A DNA stretch of 64,000 nt from positions 310,001 through 374,000 of the forward strand of contig JASTWF010000346.1 in the NCBI GenBank assembly GCA_030390025.1. Reading direction: 5' to 3'. This stretch comes from Squalus acanthias (Eukaryota). The notes under the pieces are model-generated. The model had not been told where the DNA came from. It made no database searches and saw only the letters and a list, made by a program, of their open reading frames with translations. How positions within the stretch are numbered: position 1 is the stretch's first letter; each line of letters begins with the position of its first letter. The translations under genes and the position numbers were made by a program. Below, in pieces: positions 59,856 through 64,000 of this stretch.

Positions 59856-60359
59856 TGTGATGGAATACTTTCCACTTGCCTGGATGAGTGCAGCTCCAAC
59901 AACACTCAAGAAACTCGACACCATCCAGGACAAATTAGCCCATTTGATTGGCACCCCATCCACCACCTTAAACATTCACTCCCTCCACCACCGGCGTACC
60001 GTGGCTGCAGTGTGTACCAGCTACAAGATGCACTGCAGCAACTCGCCAAGGCTTCTTTTGCAGCACTTCCCAAACCCGCGACGTCTTCCACCTGCAGGTG
60101 CATGGGAACACCACCACCTCCAAGTTCCCCTCCAAGTCACCAACCATCCTGACTTAGAAGTATATCACCATTCCTTCATCATCGCTGGGTCAAAATCCTG
60201 GAACTCCCTACCTAACAGTACTGTGGGAGTACCTTCACCACACGGACTGCAGCGATTCAAGAAGGTGGCTCACCACCACCTTCTCGAGGGCAATTAGGGA
60301 TGGGCAATAAATGCTGGCCTTGCCAGCGATGCCTACATCCCATAAACAAATAAAAAAAA
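59856..60359 (+). mobile_element. LINE family B 3' fragment
   Basis: MEYFPLAWMSAAPTTLKKLD, then the family 3' end and A-tail. Confidence 0.85.
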
Positions 60360-61003
60360 TCACAGAAAGTTAACATGCAGGTACAACAAGCAATTAGGAA
60401 AGCAAATGGTATCTTAGCCTTTATCAGAAAGGGATTGGAGTATAAGAGTAAAGAAGTCTTACTGCAATTATATAGGGCCTTGGTGAGACCATACCTGGGG
60501 TACTGTGTACAGATTTGGTCTTCTTCCCTAAGGAATGTTATACTTGCCTTGGAGGAAGTGCAACGAGGGTTCACTAGACTGATTCCTGGGATGGGGGGAT
60601 TGTCCTAGAATTTGAGAGGTCATCTCATTGAAACATATAAAATTCTTAAAGGGCCTCACAGGGTAGATGCTGGGAGGATGTTTCCCCTGGCTGGGGAATC
60701 TAGAACTTGGGGAATCACAGTCTCAGAATAAGGGGTCAGCCATTTAGGGCTGTAATGAGGAGAAATTTCTTCACTCAAAAGGCTGTGAATGTTTGGAATT
60801 CTCTACCCCAGAGGGCTGTGGAAGCTCAGTCGTTGAGTATATACAAGACAGCGATCGAAAGAATTTGGATACTAATGGAATCAAGGGATATTGGGATAGT
60901 AAGGGTAGGTGGAATTGAGGTAGAAGATCAAGCATGATCTTATTGAATGGCAGAGCAGGCTCGAGGGGCCAAATGGCCCACTCCTGCTCCTAGTTCTTAT
61001 GTT
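60360..61003 (+). mobile_element. CR1 3' fragment
   Basis: MQVQQAIRKANGILAFI..., 3' stem-loop and ttcttatgtt tail. Confidence 0.82.
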
Positions 61004-61009
61004 CGAACA

Positions 61010-62290
61010 TCCACTGTGACTGTGGTGCATTATCCCTCCTCAGTCTCTGCACAGCCTTTGACACAATTGACCACACCATCCTCCTCCAACGTCTTTCCTC
61101 CGTTGTCCAGCTCAGTGGCATTGCCCTCACTTAGTTCCACTCTTGTCTATCCAGTCTTGGCCAGAGCATCACTAGCAATGGCTTCTCTTCCCACCCCCGC
61201 ACCATTACCGTGGCCCCCTCATCTTTCTCATCTACATGCTGTGCTTTGGTGACATCATCTGAAGACTTGTGGTCAGCTTCCACATGTACGCTGACGACTA
61301 TTTTAACACCATCTTTCTCGACCAATGTTCCCTCTAATTTTTTTTACAAAATACTGCACATGCGCAGTTCTTGTATTAAAAAGCCGACAAGCCGACTGCG
61401 CGGGATCCCTGGAACATTGGTCTCGACCCCTCCATTACCTTTATGTTCTCAAACTGCTGGTCCGATATCCAGTCTTGGATGAAGCGTGATTTCCACCAGT
61501 TAAACATTGGGAAAACTGAAGTCATATCTTCGGGCCCTGCCACAAACTCTACCCTCACCACTGATTCCATCCCCCTCCTCGGCTGTTGTTTTAATCTAAA
61601 CCAGACTTTTCACAATCTCTGCGTCCTGTTCGACCCCAGGATGAGCTTCGGACTCCTTATCCTCTCCATCAGAAAGGCCACCTACTCCCACCTCCATAAC
61701 ATCACCTGTCTCTGCCCCTGCCTCAGCGCCTCTGCTGCTGAAGCCCTCATCCATGCCTTTGTGACCTCCAGACTTGACTCTTCCGGTGCTCTCCTGGCTA
61801 GCCTCTCATCCTCCACCCTCAGTAAATCTTAGCTCATCCCAAATCTGCTGCCTGTATTCTGTCCTGCTCGCCTATCACCTCTGTCCTCGCTGACTTTCAT
61901 TGGTTCCCAGTCCCCAATGCCTCAGATTTAAAATTCTCAACTTCATGTTTAAATGCCTCAATAAACTCATCCCTCCCTATCTTTCTAATCTCCAGCCCTA
62001 CAGACCCCTCTGAACTCTCTCTTCTTCTGACTCTTTCCTTTTGCACTTCCCTCCCTCTCTTTGCCCCACCATTGGCAGCTGTGCCTCAGCCATCTAGGCC
62101 CATGCTCTGGAATTCCTTACTTAAAGCCCTCTGCCTTTCCACCTCCCTCTTCTTCTTTAAGACCTTTCATAAAACACTTTGTTCTAACCAAGCTTTGATC
62201 ATCCTTCCTAATATCTCCTTCTTTGGCTTGGCATCCATTTTTGTCTGAATACGCCTCTGTGAAGCACTTTGCAAGTTGTTGCTGTTGAAT
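61010..62290 (+). mobile_element. Degraded L2-like LINE RT / 3' part
   Basis: AFDTIDH, HMYADD, LNIGKTE, AFVTSRLD. Confidence 0.75.
61323..61419. mobile_element. hAT-type MITE (97 bp)
   Basis: CAATGTTCC...GGAACATTG with 8-bp TSD ttctcgac / gtctcgac (7/8 match). Confidence 0.75.
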
Positions 62291-62830
62291 GTGGCCTAGA
62301 CAAATATAGTTTACAAACTTAGGCCCCAAAAATTTGCAGGGTGCCATATCTCTGTACGTGTTGTGATGCACCAGCCCCTGACCCCTGCTGCTGATTATAC
62401 CAAAATTCGCAGCATTAGGGGGAGGTCCCACAATTTAAATGGCTTTGGCCGGCTAGGGGCACATTTGGGGCACCCTGCCGGACAAAGAGGTCGGAAAGTA
62501 CGGGGGTGTTGGTCCCACCAGTCCCGGAATACAAGTGTTGGAGGACAGCTCAAAATATTTTTTTGGCTGCGCGAATGCCAATGTTGGAGACCCTACCCTT
62601 ACAGAGGCAACCATATTAATAAACATCAGTGCCAATGTTTGAAGTGGGCAGAGGCTCCATCCCCAACAAGCCATTCAGCAAACTTCAGTGCTGGCATTTC
62701 TGGCTGGAAGTTACAGCAGGACTTTCCACCTCATGAACTTTTACTAATATTAGATATTCGAAAAGAATTATTTTCATTGCATGTGTTGTAGATAATATCA
62801 TTATCTAATTCACTGGTGTTTACTTTGCAG

Positions 62831-62950
62831 ATGATATCTTCCCTGCTTACCCTGACTGGCTCCTGCCATTGCTCCTGACTATTTGTTGTCTAATTGCAGC
62901 TATTTCTGCTGTGATTTATTGGAATGTGAAACAACATAGACGCATTAAAG
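62831..62950 (+). CDS. Butyrophilin-like gene, transmembrane exon
   Basis: 120-nt exon, TTTGCAG| acceptor and AAG|GTACAG donor, phase 1-1. DDIFPAYPDWLLPLLLTICCLIAAISAVIYWNVKQHRRIK is a hydrophobic helix followed by a basic stop-transfer segment, in frame with the IgC exon. No stop codon, so the gene continues. Confidence 0.85.
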
Positions 62951-64000
62951 GTACAGTCTCCGTGTAACAGTGACAAAAAATATAGATACAGGGCTGGAAA
63001 TCCCGTGGGCGTTCTCCCAGTCTCCCGCTGTAACTTCGGTGGATAACCGGAGGAATCCCTGGAGAAACGGCATAAAAACCATGTTCCACTGGGGGTTCTG
63101 CTGATATTCCATCGAAGTTAAGTTGGGAGACAAGGAGAACCCTGTGAAATTTCAGGACCACGGGATTATACAAGCGAAATGTGGAAACAAGACCAGGTTT
63201 ATTTCAATATTAAATGTTGGGGGGTGGGAGTGAACATCGAAGTGAAAAACAAAGGAATAGTTGCAACTCCCACTTGCCTGCTGAATAGAAAACTCTTCTC
63301 AATTTTCATTATTTTTTAACAACTCTTTCACAGTTAGATTGCCTATTGAATATTCTGCGATTATGTCCCTCTTATTGTAAATATGTCTTTTACATTTTCT
63401 TGAGCAAATGTGCAGCAAGAATAATCTGGAATAATATGAACAAATGGAGCTCTGTTTCACCTTTTTGCTGTTGTATTAATTCAGGAAATTATTATTATGT
63501 TTGCCTCTGTATCAAGAAGATAGGGTAGATATTCTGAGTCCTTGTCCACCTCAGCCAATATCAGAAAATCACTAAAGTAATAGATGGTAAATCTCGGGGT
63601 GAGGGTGCAGTTTCCTGATGAGCTCCAGAATTGGTGCACTGGAATATTGACTTGTTCAGAACCCAGATCACGTTCCTTCTTAATCAAATCAATGGGAAAG
63701 AATATCAGGCGGAGTGTAAGCGGGGCTGCGATTCGGTGCTGCCTGTTTTTTGCTACCGCCCAAGACCAATTTCACCCCCAGTATTTTATATGTGACCAAT
63801 TAAACAGTTAAAATGTACCTGTTTCAACTTGCAGTTATTTACCCTATAGATAAATTCAGTACTCAATTTACATTATTGATAACTGCTTCACTTCAATTAG
63901 ATACTTGGGTAACAGTCGGTAATCATGGCCAAATTCTTCCCTTTTCAACCTTTGCAAGTAAACTTTTAACTTGTATTGATTTGTTTAAAACAACTTCACA

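Noticed and set aside
63300..63900. Possible BTN cytoplasmic heptad mini-exons after AGs at ~63333 and ~63834
   Set aside because: I found no convincing in-frame exon with a matching donor.

Overview
This is eukaryotic, repeat-dense vertebrate DNA. The repeat set (HE1/V-SINE, Deu-domain SINEs, several CR1 subfamilies, L2, Penelope, Tx1, RTE) points to a cartilaginous fish, which is my inference. One host gene is supported: a butyrophilin-like (BTN/BTNL, B7-family Ig) gene on the + strand. Its four phase-1 coding exons are signal peptide 33878-33935, IgV 42829-43176, IgC 53416-53697 and transmembrane 62831-62950. The 3' exons are probably beyond the window, and a non-coding first exon may lie near 18.2-18.3 kb. 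Most other sequence is nested mobile DNA, including a CR1 LINE with an intact 983-aa ORF2, two solo LTRs, and hAT and Harbinger non-autonomous elements. The most unusual items are: (i) a 2.2-kb insertion with a 13-bp target-site duplication (TSD) that fuses a pre-tRNA-Gly to a 5'-truncated Tx1 LINE; (ii) a 219-bp TSD-flanked Penelope-type element forming a perfect 90-bp palindrome with a minimal hammerhead ribozyme; (iii) a CR1 subfamily carrying two tandem 3' ends; (iv) a uORF whose stop overlaps the BTN start codon. Repeat boundaries are approximate unless a TSD is cited. No database searches were run.
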